Part shown: one piece after another, positions 11,525 through 25,165 of the stretch
Numbering within the stretch: the stretch's first letter is position 1
Layout: each line of letters opens with the position of its first letter
NCBI GenBank assembly: GCA_012026655.1
Contig: JAAILG010000809.1
Location: forward strand, 1-64,000
Direction of reading: 5' to 3'
Source of the DNA: Hydrolagus affinis
Taxonomy: Eukaryota
DNA: 64,000 nucleotides
Position numbers and translations under genes: made by a program
Notes under the pieces: generated by a model
The model's database searches: none
The model's input: the letters and a program-made list of their open reading frames with translations, nothing else
What the model was told of the DNA's origin: nothing

Positions 11525-12171
11525 GGTTAGCGTTCATTGCAAAAGGTTTAGAGTACAAGAGTAGGGAAGTCTTGTTTCAACTGTATAGGGCCTTGGTGAG
11601 ACCGCACCTAGAGTAATGTGTGCAGTTTTGGTCTCCTTATTTAATAAAGGACATACTTGCCTTAGAGGGAGTGCAGTGTAGATTCACTAGGTTAGTTCTT
11701 GGGATGAGGGGACTGACCTATGAGGGTAGGTTGAATAAACTAGGGCTGTATTCTCGAGAGTACAGGATTAGGGGAGATTTTATTGAAACATATAAGATTC
11801 TTAAAGGGCTGGATAAAGTAGACAGTGAGGGACTGTTTCCCCTGGTAGGAGAATTTATAACCAAGGGTCATCATCTTAAAATTAAGGGTCAGCCTTTTAG
11901 AACAGAGTTGAGGAAACATTTCTTCACTCAGAGGGTAGTGAATTTATGGAATTCACTATCCCAGAAGGCTGTAGATGCTCAGTCCTTGAACATTTTCAAG
12001 GCTGAGACTGATAGATGTTTTTTTTAAAAAAATAGAGGGATTAGGGGATATGGGGATAGGGCAGGTAACTAGAGTTAGGTCAGAAGATCAGCCATGATCT
12101 TATCAAATGGCAGGGCAGGCTCAAGAGGCCAAATGGCCTACTCCTGCTCCTACTTCTTATATTCTTATGTT
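11525..12171 (+). mobile_element. CR1-clade (HER1-like) LINE 3' end: ORF2 C-terminus plus 3' UTR, disabled
   Basis: LYRALVRPHLE*CVQFWSPY...LEGVQCRFTR...RGDFIETYKI...FFTQRVVNLWNSL, with a stop at 11614-11616. UTR gatcagccatgatc...ggcctactcctgctcc and ttcttat terminal repeats. Confidence 0.95.
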
Positions 12172-12411
12172 ATCTCGCTTCCTCTGATCTCTAGCTGTTA
12201 CCTGGCATCAAAATCTTTGCCATGAAATTTGCCAGCAATTTTCAGCTCTGCAAACAAACGGCTTGTCTGCCAGAAACTTAAGATGTGCATGCAACAAGGA
12301 AGTGCTTAGTTGACTCTAGTTTCCTTGTTCAGCTGTAATGCAGAGTGAAGCCTCTGATTTAGGCCAAATGTGTCATGTTAGGTTTGATTCCAGCATATCA
12401 TACGGCTGCTA

Positions 12412-12650
12412 TAATAACAATACTAATCCTTGCAATTGATAGAGCGCCTTATCACATTGTCAAAACACCTTGAAGCATTTCACAGGATTAGGTTTGCCTA
12501 CAATTTACAGTGTATCATGCAAAGCACTTTGAGGCGTTCCCCCAACGCAACAGAAGACATGTTAAATGTCAAGATTGTTATTTCTAATGTACCTTAAAGT
12601 GCCATAAAGTGTATTGACCGTGTATTTGTGGGTGAATAATCTGCACACTG
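12412..12650. mobile_element. Minus-strand SINE interrupted by a plus-strand SINE/L2 tail
   Basis: Reverse-complement tail at 12412-12487, forward tail at ~12514-12582, and the reverse-strand SINE resumes at ~12595 (gtattgaccgtgtatttgtggg). Confidence 0.6.
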
Positions 12651-13394
12651 CATCTTAATAAACTGCTTTCCTTTCAGCCAACTGTTGTCCAGCACTCCAT
12701 CTGAACTTAGTTACAAAAGAGAGGTCAGGCTCCACCCTGAGAGAGTTGGTCTGAGAGGCCCAGAGGCTGCTCATTACACTACAGCTGGAAAAACAACAAA
12801 TTCTAATTCGACCAGACCTTCCCTGACCTGCGACCATGGACCTGGTGTTGGGAGAATCACTGGTAATGCTAGTTGAATATTTCGAATACTTGACCAGTTA
12901 CAGAGGAAGAAATTGAAATGAGCTTCCTGATAACTTAGTAACATCTAATCTTTCGGCAGTAAATTGAAGGGAATGAATTCGCTCCCAGTAATCACCAAGG
13001 CCCAATCACTACAATTACATTTATTTACAGACTTTAATTATGTCAGTTCATAATCAGTTTCACAGCTAGAAATTGAAGCTATTTTTGTGGCAAATAATTC
13101 AAATCTGTTTTAGGGGCCTGTAATTGCCCTTAATTTTTAAACATAATTATCAGGCACCAGCCATTTTTTTTACACAGATGCTGGGAAAGTACTTGTGTAA
13201 CTAACTAAGTGAGCGGCAGCTCATTTAACCTAGTAAGGGGAGCATGAAAGTAAGAGTATACTTTGGTCTAGTCAACTTGAGTTGATATAGTAAAATCTGC
13301 AGCTATAGTTCATATATTCTGTGGACACAAAATAATATTACACATTACGTTAAGGACTTCTGACTTCTGCTTCCCCATGTACCATAATCACAAT

Positions 13395-13600
13395 AAAATA
13401 TCATCCTTCCATTTGATATAGCACTTTCCTTATTGGGAGGACATCTCAAAGCTCTTCATGGGATGTACCGAAAGTGTGGCGATCTCTATTTTGTAGTCGA
13501 TTGCGGCCGCCAATTTGTGCATAGCAACGTCTCACAACATCCATAAATTGATTAACAACTTTAGGGGCTGGGATTGTTGGCTGGGAGGAACTCCCTTCAC
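13395..13600 (-). mobile_element. SINE 3' half (Deu/SacSINE1-like)
   Basis: ccatttgatatagcac tail and gccaatttgtgcatagc core. Confidence 0.65.
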
Positions 13601-14419
13601 TTATCTGTTTTTGCCTGTGTTTAATCTGCTTTAGTAACCGCAAGTAATCCTAAAACCCGTTTGACTACATTGGAATCAAAATGAATTGGCATACTCTTTT
13701 AGCAATCCCCATATCTGTTGCTATGATTGTGCCAAATTTTCAATGCAGTGTCCAACCCCGTATTTCTACGAATTTATCTCTGGATTCACTGAGTTGACAT
13801 TTACTCCAAATCGGTAGTCAGCTGGGAAAGTTGAGAGCTTTCAGGTTAGGAACAGAGCAGTAAACATCCAGCACCTTCAAAATACATGCTGCCAATTACA
13901 GGGAGGCAATAACTAATTAAAACTGCAGAACCTCAAAAAATGATCATTTGCACCTTGAACTACACCAAGAGGCCTTGGGTGCTAAAAAAAAATGCAATTC
14001 AGCTTCAGTTTATGGCAATATCATACGGTGAAGGAAGCACATTATTTTTTATTTTTTGTCAAAAGACAGTTCTGAGTAATTTATTCCCATAATGAGCCAC
14101 GGTTCGTTAATCAATTTAATTTATAATTGAATCAGATGGATGTAACTCTGTGTAAAATTGTCTCTGAAGAATCTGTTTTGCTCATCTGTTCAGCTATGGA
14201 AAAAGATTCTGACAGGAACTGGAGGAAACAAAGGTTAGCATTTTCCTTCACTGCAAGGGGTAGTGAAAGGGCAAAAGTCAGGTAGAAATTTCAGGAAAAC
14301 ACAAGCCATATTCAGAAAGCCAGGAAAGAAATAGAGATGAGGGAAACCCAAAAGCCATTAGCAACATAGAAAATATCTGTCATCAGATCTAGACATTTCT
14401 ATCATATCTTTGTAAAGAT

Positions 14420-14655
14420 CTCATAAAACATGATTCAAAAAGAGCAGTGCATTTCCCCCATTATCCTAGCCAACAATCGTCCAGATTAATTGATCATTCA
14501 CTGACGTGTGGCTAGTTGTGGGTGTTGCTCGTGCAAATGGCTGCCAGGTTTGCTTATAAAAATAGTCACTTCACTTGATTGGAATTATTGGTAAAGTACG
14601 TACATTGAGATGTTTCAACACGCTAAGCAGCTGCAAAATTTACTAATTCTTTCTT
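14420..14655 (+). mobile_element. Degenerate SacSINE1-like SINE 3' part
   Basis: gtgcaaatggctgccaggtttgc...gtcacttcacttg core. Confidence 0.5.
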
Positions 14656-15589
14656 TATATTAGGAACGCCAGCCGAGTCTTGTAACAAATTACTATTTTG
14701 CAAATGAGATACAAGTTCGTCAAGCAGACTTCAAGTAATGTCCAAAAGGCAATTTTTTTTTAGAGTAATAATGGTGTTTAGACATCTATTAACTTAATGT
14801 CCAGAATGTGACATTTAATTCTACAAGTTTCCAACACTCACCCAGAGGGGGATTTAATAAAGAAATTATTTTGGTGCCATGCTTAATAAAACCTTCTCTA
14901 CCGAGTGTAAAAATATAAAACAAATTCACCACAATCATCAAGCATCAAAGAGCAATAACCTCAGAAAGCATAATTAGATAAGTGGCTCAAAAAGGTACTG
15001 GCAATGGGAAAACAACATCTCATTGGTTACAAACATAATGACTAGTTGTTAATTATATGCGACCAAAGCGTTTGTTTCAGATAATATTCTGAAAGTTGAG
15101 GTAGCACAGTGCAGAAAACAAATTGTATTGTCTCACAATTGTATCCCATAGAGTAAACACACACCATACTTTGGATTGATATATCGCCATCACTCACAGG
15201 CAGTGACACTAGGTTAAAGAAGGTCATGTTCAAGAATGGAACAAATATAGTGCTCTATTGTAACCAATTTTGTATTCTGTTTACCATGCAGGACGATTAC
15301 ATTTTTCAGTGTTTTTTTTAATCCTTTTTGTCTGTCCTGAGATGTTTTTTCGATAAATAATTCCTGAGGCATCAGGTTGTGGAGCATTCAAACAGTGGTC
15401 CATTTGGACAGCAAATAGCACAGCGATATCAGTTCAGGGAATTAGCATAATTTCCTTACTCCACAATGATTATCATGACTGGATTTGTCACTTAGTGGAC
15501 ATTAGAAGGTTTGATGTCAACTGAAGCAGTGAAACATATTGCTCCTGTCCAAACCTTTGATTTCTCCTCCAGAGAGTACCTTTAGAAAT

Positions 15590-16020
15590 GTAAATACCAA
15601 CGGTGCGCGAGAGAGATAGAGCAGGGAGCCCTGCTGTTGGGTGCAAACTTGCAGTCATGCACAGAATACTTACCAGTGAGATCTCTCATAAAATCCCATC
15701 CTGTCCTTCAGACGAGACATTAAACCAAGGTCCCGTCTGCTTGTCCAGGTGTACATTAAGCATCCCATGGCACTGTTCCAAAAGAGAAGGGCACTTCTCT
15801 CAATGTCCTAACTGCAATCCTCCCCACATAAAATTGCCCACTCAGTACATGGGTGTTTGTAGGACATTTGCTGTGCACAAATTGATTGCCCCAGTTGCCT
15901 ACAAATATAGTCAATACATGTCTCAATAAGATTCTGTGAAGTCCTTAGAAACATCTCGATGACATGAAAATGCACTGTATCAAATGCAAGGATCGTGATT
16001 ACTCTTGTTGTTGTTGTTAT
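15590..16020 (+). mobile_element. SacSINE1/Deu-type SINE
   Basis: gagacattaaaccaaggtcccgtctg...catcccatggcactg...gctgtgcacaaattg...atcaaatgcaagg(ttg)n. Confidence 0.75.
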
Positions 16021-16959
16021 TAGAAACACAGATGAAATAGTCAGATAATTCCAATCATTAAATTTCAAATGGATGGATCAGCCACTTGTCCAATTCACAC
16101 GTGATCCAGGAGGATTCTGGGTTTCATCATGGGTTAGTGAGTAGGGTGCTCCTCGTGGTCGAAACTATTTTTCCTTAAAAACCCAGTGACCATAATATTT
16201 AATGGTATGTACACATATGGTATAAGTGTTACAGGTTTAGAACATAATGTGTGCTGAAACCAGTATGACGCTGTTTTTTGGCACTAAACCAAAACCAGTT
16301 AATTAGAGCAGGTGGCTATTGAATTGCAAACTTAAAACGTTGCACTCGACCAAACCATAATAATACTGCAGCTTTGTCCAGGCTTCCTCTACACTGCTTA
16401 CCTTGATTGCTAACCTGGAATTTTCCTGATGGTTATTGCCACATTAGTAGGTGGTATCTTAATCCAGGTGTAATTAAATTAATTAGCTAGTTCACAGAAA
16501 ATTAAATACTGGTGGTGGCGGGGGGGGGGGGGGGAAACAGAGGAAGAGTTGTTGTCACGGTAACGTGTTTTGCAAGGCATTTTGCCCCGATTCTGTGTGC
16601 AGTGGTTGTATGACAAGGCAATCAGTAATATGATTGTATCATTACATTGACAAATATCTCAAGATCTGAAAACTTGTATCCATCAGTTTTGATGAAACTA
16701 TATATTTTTGAAAGAAATAAAAAAAATTGGCTCTTGAGGCAGGTCTATCGCCTTCTGCCGCGGCCAATATGGCAGGATTGCAGCAGATATTGTGGAGCAA
16801 AGCATTCAAGCAGTTCCAGGAACTGAACCTGCCTGAAAACTCCCCCTGACACTGACAGCGCCAGTTTATATTCTGTACTAGTTAATCAAGGTGATGGGAA
16901 GGACAGCTTTCACTGCAGATGCATCGCAAACTATACGCATGCGCGTGTGCACACAAACA

Positions 16960-17059
16960 NNNNNNNNNNNNNNNNNNNNNNNNNNNNNNNNNNNNNNNNN
17001 NNNNNNNNNNNNNNNNNNNNNNNNNNNNNNNNNNNNNNNNNNNNNNNNNNNNNNNNNNN
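16960..17059. other. Assembly gap (100 N, true size unknown)
   Basis: Exactly 100 N, flanked by the start of a CA repeat and a G run. Confidence 1.
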
Positions 17060-20000
17060 GGGGAAGTCCAACATAGTGCATTTCTCATAACAGCTAAATG
17101 GGCAAGGCGATTATTTAAGATTACGGCGTGTGTGAGATTTTTGCAAACCCGTGTGGAAATTGCGGTGGATCACAACCGAAGACAACACTCTTTTAGTTTC
17201 TGTCAAGAGTTCACTTATACTGCAGTACTGTAATCTATCAATCTCTCAGAGGTGGAAGAACATGTTGTAAATTGCCACTCTAGTTTTACTTTGTAATTTC
17301 CCCTTATTTTCTCTCCTCACACAATCTTCCAGCGATGTTCAATCTTGATGCTTTCAATGTCATTTCCTTGTTTGTTCTGCACAAGGTGACCATGAACATT
17401 GGGAGATTATATTTTATTCAATTATTAGTTCCTCTCCCTCTCACCTTCTCCTCCCCACATACACATATACACAGGTAGATCAAACATAAGCCCACCTCTG
17501 TAAACCCCCACTCCCTTGTTCACCCCGAACACCAGGATGAAATTAAGCGATGATATTGCTAACGATTGTCACACAACTAGCAAAGGGGAATCACAAGAAA
17601 ATGTGCAATTTGCCCTGTAAACACAGAGAGAGATATTATTCCATCATATTTAACATGAAGCCAATCCATCGGAAGTCTATGTGGCAACATTCTGGCATCA
17701 CCTACTCAGTTCACTTTGGATTTGGAATTTACATTGTTGATCATTGTTGCCCACTAGTCCTGAAGTCTACCAAAGCACCTACATTATCTGTCAGTGATTC
17801 TGGCAGAGATGCAAAGAGCGAGGACCTGACAGCACTGAGTTCTTCCCACTCCATCTGTTGACTGATAGGCCATAACTTGCAAATCCACTCGAGTGAGCAG
17901 ACGTCACTGTTTGCTTGATTTACAAACAAGCCAGAAATTGACAAATAGATACTATAATTGGAAATGGGACACTGCAGTAAAGGCAGCAAGGATAAGTAAC
18001 AAAGTGATCATTTTGGGATGCTTTCAGCAGGGAATCTAGAAACAGCTCTATGAATTAAAGATGCCAAGGACTGGGAGATCAAAGTTAAGAGTGTTAACAG
18101 CAATGTGGTAGATGTCAACAGCCAGAGGAACTGAATAAAAGGGAATGGGATTGTCTTCCAGAATCTAAACCACAGGAAGTTTCCCAACTCCTAACTCACT
18201 ATTAGCCTTGCACAGAAGAATGCAGACAGTAACCCTGAAACACATTTGTAACAATCGTCTGACTCGGTAAATGCATGTTGCATTCCTTGTTGTTTTGCAA
18301 AATAAGTTGTGAAGTTTTCATCTAAGATTGTTGTTAACCCCATCCCCAAAAGCAGTACCTAAAACAAGAGAATTCTTCATCAAACATAGCATTAGATTGA
18401 ATGCAAAACCAAATTCTTGTTACATCTGCTTACTGTTGTGAAGGATTTTGGTTGTCCTTGCTTAATTTTCTTTCTGTGTGTTCGGCTTGATAATGGAAAG
18501 ACAACAACAGCTTTGATTTATATAGCGCTCTCTACGCCGGACGTGCCTCTATCACAGACACTAACGCTAGCTTGTGTAAGGCTCCAAACCTCAGGCAAAA
18601 ACTTTTTGTGCTTCAGCTTGGACATTGATCGTCAGCAAGCAATACAATCATAAAAAGGTTTGTAGTTCAGCCCAATTCTGTTCTTACCTGACATCCACAT
18701 GCACATACTTTCTAGTGGGAGGACAGTACCACTACAACGTGATTTGCAGAGGTAGGAGGGAAACAGGAGATAAAATAATTGCTCGAGGAAAGTTCACCAG
18801 TGAGGTGAGGTACAAGAGGCAGCATCTTACCTAAAAGTTAGTCCAGCCAAATCAATTCCCCACCTTGAGTTAAGTCTCTTTCTGACAGCTCTGTTAGAGG
18901 AGGGAGTGTTTTGAAATGGGTACAACGCTGCTATTGCTCTTACTGCAGCTACAGCATAAGCATTATTTGTCCCATAGTTGCAGTGTTCAGACATAAAGGA
19001 GACAATTGGTCTCCTCATTTTCATCCAATTGTTTGTTAACTCTCCCTGCAGTACATTTCTAAGTCACCCCACAGAGGGAACTAAACTGTTGATAGAATAG
19101 AAAAACAGTGAAATGAATCTTTGTAGTTTTTTCAGATGGAACACATTCTTAATTTTTTTTTAGAAAAGTTTAAGCTCTTCCCCTCCTTATCAAAGATAAT
19201 TGGCTATGAACTCTGGGATTCATAAAGCATAATAGCAGTTTCCAAACGCAGGTGGGTGTAGAAATCTTTCCTTTCTAGAGGATGTACAGAGGTCACCTCC
19301 CACTGAACTGCCCAAACCACCAAGAATAGTAGATACCACAGCTGCAACCTATTACTGGATAGCCAAGGATATCATACACACAATTTCAGGAAATTTGATG
19401 GTCACTTTCTGAACCAGTGTATGATTAAAAAAAAATTATTTCATTTCTACCACAAGACCAGAAATTCTAACCCAATCAAATCCCCTAAACCACCTACTTT
19501 AAAAGTAAAACTGCTGAAAAATAAGTTAATCTAAGATAAATCAAACTCATTTCCAGCCTGATACATCAGAACCATGAACACTGCTAACGTGTGACGTGAT
19601 ATATGCAGTGTTAAAGGGCGTGTTCTTTCAAAGTATAAATTTTGGCAATGCCATCTCTGGCCTGAGGTAGGCTCAATTAGGTTAATTAACAATATTTGCA
19701 AATAAATGCAAAAGAGACTAAGTTTGGATTACTAAACCTTCCTGATTTATCTAGCTCTATAATCTATCGTTGCCCACCACAGACCAATCTTGCACATCAT
19801 TTACCTGTAATTATTTTTTAAATACAATGAAGTCCTGTAATAAGAATAAACTATATTTTCAATAAAGGTGTATTTGTAAGCATGGCACGTCCATATGACA
19901 AGGCTCCATTGTTAATTAAATTATCAGAGGTATTCATGGCTAGACCTATGACTCCAGAAAGCCATTGCCCAGAATGTAATTTTGTTCACAAATCAGCCTT

Positions 20001-20859
20001 GTGGCGGTTTTGTCTGAAAAAGTGATTTTGAACACTCGTGGCTTCAAGAGGCCTACAATTTTTTATAGTCACTTGAGGGTTTTCCCTCTCATTAGAAATG
20101 AATATTTTCATAGTGAGGAGAGAGAGAAAAAAGAATACAATGACGTTGAAGGTATAAAAGTTGGTGCATTTTGAACCCACAAGGAAAGATGTGAAAAGTT
20201 TCTGAACCATAAATTAATTCATTGTTGGATTTAAAAAGAACAAATGACCCCATTTATGTTAAAACGCTGCTAATTTCATTCTGAAGTAATATTTTAAAAG
20301 TGTCAATTTACATGCTATAGAATTAAAGAACATTTATTGATATCCCAGTCATGCATTTATTCCATAAAGGGTTCAGGAAGGAGGGGAGATCAATAAATTC
20401 TGTCAAAGAAAAGTTGAACTGAGGTGTGAACAGATGGCTGTGAACTTATTGCCAAAGAGCACAAACTGAATGAAGGTGTGAAAAGATTATAACAGTAACA
20501 GTTGTGCTTACAAAGTCTGGAAAAGCACTTTTCAGTGCAGATTAAATATTAAAAGCTGGAAAATGTCGGTTGACAAAATGGCAACATCTGGTATACAAAA
20601 TAGTGTTATGTTTGTAGTTCTTGACTTTTTTTCACTGAAAACTATGAACTGTGTAATGATAAGAGGCCAAATTATCATCGAAGTTAATTAAAAAAGTTTT
20701 TTTTAAATATGTTAAATAAATACTTAGTTCAAACCATATGAAATATCATCACATGTACCACGAAGCTTGTTTGAATCTCCATGGAGCTGTGTTACACGAA
20801 ATTTGAAATGGGTTCTAATCAGCTCCACTAATGGCTGTCCATTATGAAACAGTGATACA

Positions 20860-21225
20860 CACCCTATAGTTCACGGTTTAGCCCTATCTATGCTGGACAT
20901 TGATCTCACTTGGGCCATTGCCACTACAAGCACTGCAAGCCACTGGGAGAGGGAAGAAACCAAAATAGCCATGATTCCTCAACATCCAATCATTGTGTAA
21001 TGATCCCAGCTGTCTCCAGTGAAGCATGTGTGTACGGACATTGGGTTAGGAATGGGTCAGGCACTTGCTTTGATAAGCCCCATGGTCAAATAGCCTGCCA
21101 ACCTTGCCTTGTGTGTAGGCCAACATATGAAGAAAGACAACTTGGCTAATGTACTGAAGGATGCCAAGCAGTACTGCAGCTATCCTTCAGAATGAATCAG
21201 TGCCCTCAGGATATTGGAGGGAAAT
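20860..21225 (+). mobile_element. AmnSINE2-like SINE
   Basis: ccccatggtcaaatagcctgcc, gaagaaagacaacttgg, tcagtgccctcagga. Confidence 0.6.
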
Positions 21226-21529
21226 AAATAGCTGCTTTTTGTGGCAATTGTCATATTGTATGTTGACAATTTCATTGATTTCTGATTTCATGTTTTAAAA
21301 CTATACAACGTAAAATCTGAAATGTGGAAGAGTGCGTAAGATTTTCTATGAGTTCATGGCATGGCTATTAACAATGCTGCTGAATACTATACATAGTCTC
21401 TGCTTCCTTTCTGTTAGGGAAAGAAAGAGCCCATGGTACTCAGCAATACTGGCCATCGAATGACTCCTGCTGAAACTGTTTTTGTCTGAACAGTGAGAAT
21501 TAACATAAAGATTTTCTGCCTGGTAAGTT

Positions 21530-22080
21530 GTACGGCTACAACTGAAGGTCGTGGGTTCAAGTGCCATGTCAGGATTTTGAGCTCACTGTCAAGGCTGATA
21601 CTCCAACGCAGTGCATAAAATAAAAGTGTCATTGACTTCTTGGCTGTGTATGAGACATTGCTCTGTGTAAATTGGCAGCTACATTTGCATTTATCAGCTT
21701 GGCGCAGTTGTAGCACTCTCACCTCTGAGCCAGAAAGTTGTGGGTTGTGACTTGGAATCATATCATCCAAACTGACACTCCAATGTAGAGCTGGGGGAGT
21801 GTTGTATTCATGGAGGTACTCATCCTTTGGAGGAAACATTAAACCAAGGTTCCATCTGCCTTTTCATGGCACTATTTGGAAAGAGAAGGGATGTTCTGTC
21901 GGTGTCCTGGCCTACAATAAAATTGGTCACTCACTCCATAGTTTGTGGGACAAATGGCTGTTGAATTTCACCAAAAAAATACACAGTCACTACACTTTAC
22001 AATATATTCTGTGATGTATTTGAGACTTCTCAAATGCCCGATAAGGTGTCATTATCAAATACAAGGATTATTATTATTTA
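21530..22080 (+). mobile_element. Tandem SacSINE1-like SINEs (head fragment ~21530-21660; near full-length copy ~21695-22080)
   Basis: tRNA-like head gcactctcacctctgagccagaaagttgtggg, Deu-like catggcactatttggaaagagaaggg...ggtgtcctggcc, and an (att)n tail. Confidence 0.8.
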
Positions 22081-23125
22081 ATACTGTATTATTATAGTTA
22101 CAAAATTTACAGAAAGTCTCTGTAAAGCATTTAGAAAAATTTTAATGTGATAGGATGCTACAACAAATGCAAGGTTTATCATACAACTCATGTGAATGAG
22201 ACAATACATTTTCTAACTGGTTAACATTCATTTAATGAATGCCTTATTCATATAAAATGCTTTAATCGAACAGAGTGAATATCTTGCATCGTACAGTGGA
22301 AGGAAAGAGTACAAATAGTATGCGCTATCTGTCCAATAATATTTATTCCGTCCTCTTTTTCTTTAGCAGTAAATGAAACGAGAATTGAAAAAATAAATTT
22401 CTTTCAACAGCAAGGATAAAAATGACCACCCGAGCAGGGTCATGTAGTTTGACTGGTGACCCTTGACATGAGCAGGATATGAGCCTCTATGTAGCACTGT
22501 GGGAGTTTTACTGCTTATTTGGCACACGTATCTGGTGCCAGTGTGAAATAAAAAAGCCAGATTTCATCAACCAGGGGCCACTGTTTGTACAGATTGGTTT
22601 GGTTTCTGGAGAGCAATCCAGTCATGGATTGCTCTCTCCACAAAAAGTTTTTTCTATAGAGTTGTATTCATTTAATTGTACCCATAGTTGCCCATTAGCA
22701 GTGTTGTTCTACATCCCTATGGTAATTATTAGGAATTCAATTGCTGGCTGGCAAACAATTCCAACATGTGTGGCCGTAAGTAAGTACTGTAGTTCGCTTT
22801 ACTTTCAGTTAAACCATTGGGAAGGTCACCTTGTAAAGATGGCATGTTTTACCTAGCCAGACAAAATTATTGCGGCAGGTCATGGGAAAGCACTGTGACC
22901 CTGTTCATTGCTATCTTTTGGTTGAAGCACACAACGTGAAATGTAACAGAAATGATGAGAACAATCTTTGTGGTCTTTACTGCAGCAACTTTGAATTAAT
23001 AAAGGATTCCAGAGTACGACAGGTTGAAACATCCCCCTTTTCTTCACCTTTCTCATTAAGGAATTAAGAAATTAATTAAGGAATTCCTCTCAAAGCCACC
23101 ACATGTTTAATACCCCCCCATCTCC

Positions 23126-23145
23126 CACACACACACACACACACG
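23126..23145. repeat. (CA)n microsatellite
   Basis: Direct observation. Confidence 0.9.
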
Positions 23146-24499
23146 CAATAGAGGCATTAATTTTTATATCTGCAAAATTGTCCTTTGTATTTGCTGGTCT
23201 CCAACTGTATGAGAAGATATTAAAAAGAAAGGTTTCAAAAATCTTAAATAAATTAACATTTAATGCAATTACGATGCACCCTATTTCCCAGTGAGGGCAC
23301 ATACGACCTTAAAATATAAGTCTAATTATACTCATCAATAATATGAAACCTTAGATTTACCATGAGTTCTCCCAAAGGGAAAGAGTGACCCTTTTCCAGC
23401 GCCATTTAAGAATAAGTTGATAAAGGTAAAAATGAGCTGCTGTTACCTGAGGGATATTTTAGTAATGAAACAATGTGTTTCAGAGCAGCTGTTAATGGCT
23501 GATGAGGCAGACATTTTGCTCCCAAGAGGCATGATCATTACGAGAATTTATCATATTTACAGTAAGGGGCTTAAAAAATTGTCCTCGTCTTAATATTTCT
23601 AGTTCAAAAGTGCAAGAAGTGTAAAAAACTGTGAGCCCAGCTTTATCTTTCTGCTGGCACTGCGACGCACTTGTCTGCTGTTGGATACGCTCAGGTGGAT
23701 GACGCTTGGCTGACATGAGAGTAGATTCAAACAAATGTGTACCGAAGATCATAAATTCAGCATTAAAATAGTCAAACAGAGGCAGTAATCGCACAGAGCG
23801 CATCTGCTGATTTCTGCATGATGGAATAAAGTACATTTCTTAAGCAAAAAGAAAGTTAAAATGCATTCATTTTTGTGCTCGGTTTATGCGTAAAATAGGT
23901 AAGCATATTGTATTTGCTAACCATAAGGAAAACTACCGATCATTCTAAGTAATACTAACCTTCTACTTAGATCTGATTAGCTGCATTTTCCCTTTTCTTT
24001 CCCCCCGCATATTGCAGTCATGGCTCATGTATCTGTCTTTTATCCATACCAAGTCCTTAATAATCTGTCACAGTACATAAAGTATTTTAATTTAAATTGT
24101 TAATCCAGGATTCTTGTTTATTCAGCACACTGTGGAAATGAAAAATGTGATCAGATTATCTAGTTGTGCTTCTGGAAGCTTAGGTAAGCTTCTGTACAAT
24201 GAAGCATTCTAAACTGAACAATACTTTCATTAGTATAATGTGATTTCAAAAATCGCGGAAGATTTGCATAAATATTTGAACAAATACAAAGGAAAAAGCA
24301 GAACATTAATTCAGAGCCATTAGATATAACACAAATGATATTTTAGGTTATCCTTCATTGTGCGATCACTGCGAATAGGCACTTAGGAACTGGCTGCACA
24401 TGAAGACCAAGTAACATAGTTAGAGGAGTTTGTTTTAGCAGATGTTGTTTGGATTAAATGTTCATGGTGCAATTGCTTGCTGCTTATACTTCGACTGTA

Positions 24500-24900
24500 C
24501 TAATAATAATAATCTTTATATATGATATAGCACCTTCCATGTCAGAAGGATGCCTCAAAGTGCTTTGTGTATTTGTGGCTGTGTATCTTGATGGTGAACA
24601 TGGGAGCCAATTTGCACATAGCAATGTCCCACAAATAACTATGAAGTGAATGACCAATTTTATTTGTATGTATTCTTGGTGAAGACATGAGAAGAATCTC
24701 CCATCTCTTTTTGATAGTGCCATGAGATTTTTAATATTCACCTGAACAGGTAGATAGAGGAGCTTGGTGTCATAACTGAAGGATGTGATACCTCCCCAGC
24801 ACTGAATATAGACATTGGGCTTGCACCAAGAACCTTCTGACTCAGCGTTGAGAATTCTATCAATTGAGCCTGGCTGACTCACACAATCGCACAGATCTAA
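24500..24900 (-). mobile_element. SacSINE1/Deu-type SINE
   Basis: Reverse-complement tail, agccaatttgcacatagcaatgtcccacaaa, gatagtgccatgagatttt, accttctgactcag head. Confidence 0.8.
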
Positions 24901-24974
24901 ATCTAAGATCAGGGGTCCAGTCCACCCAGTCTCGTGTTTTATTAAATAAAGAATCCTGTTCTTGCTGTTGTATT

Positions 24975-25165
24975 CCAACTTTGGAACTCCCTCCCTCAAC
25001 CCCTTTGCCTCGCCGCCTCCTTCCCTGTCTTCAGGTCGCCCCTCTTCGACTGCACTTACGGTCACCTTCCCCTAATCCCGGCCCGTTTTCGGGCTCCTCC
25101 ATTGTTAAGCACTTTCAGACACCACCTGGCGTGGAGGGCACTATATAAATGCAAATAGTTGTTGA
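24975..25165 (+). mobile_element. L2 LINE 3' end
   Basis: TLWNSLPQPL motif and tail ggcgtggagggcactatataaatgcaa(ttg). Confidence 0.85.

Noticed and set aside
11314-11616. 100-aa ORF fused to CR1 sequence as a domesticated gene
   Set aside because: The 5' part is random flank, and the CR1 part has an in-frame stop and lacks the RT core.
16878-17233. ORFs spanning X residues
   Set aside because: Artefacts of the 100-N gap.
24484-25065. Longest ORF (193 aa)
   Set aside because: Chance read-through of an antisense L2 end and a SINE.
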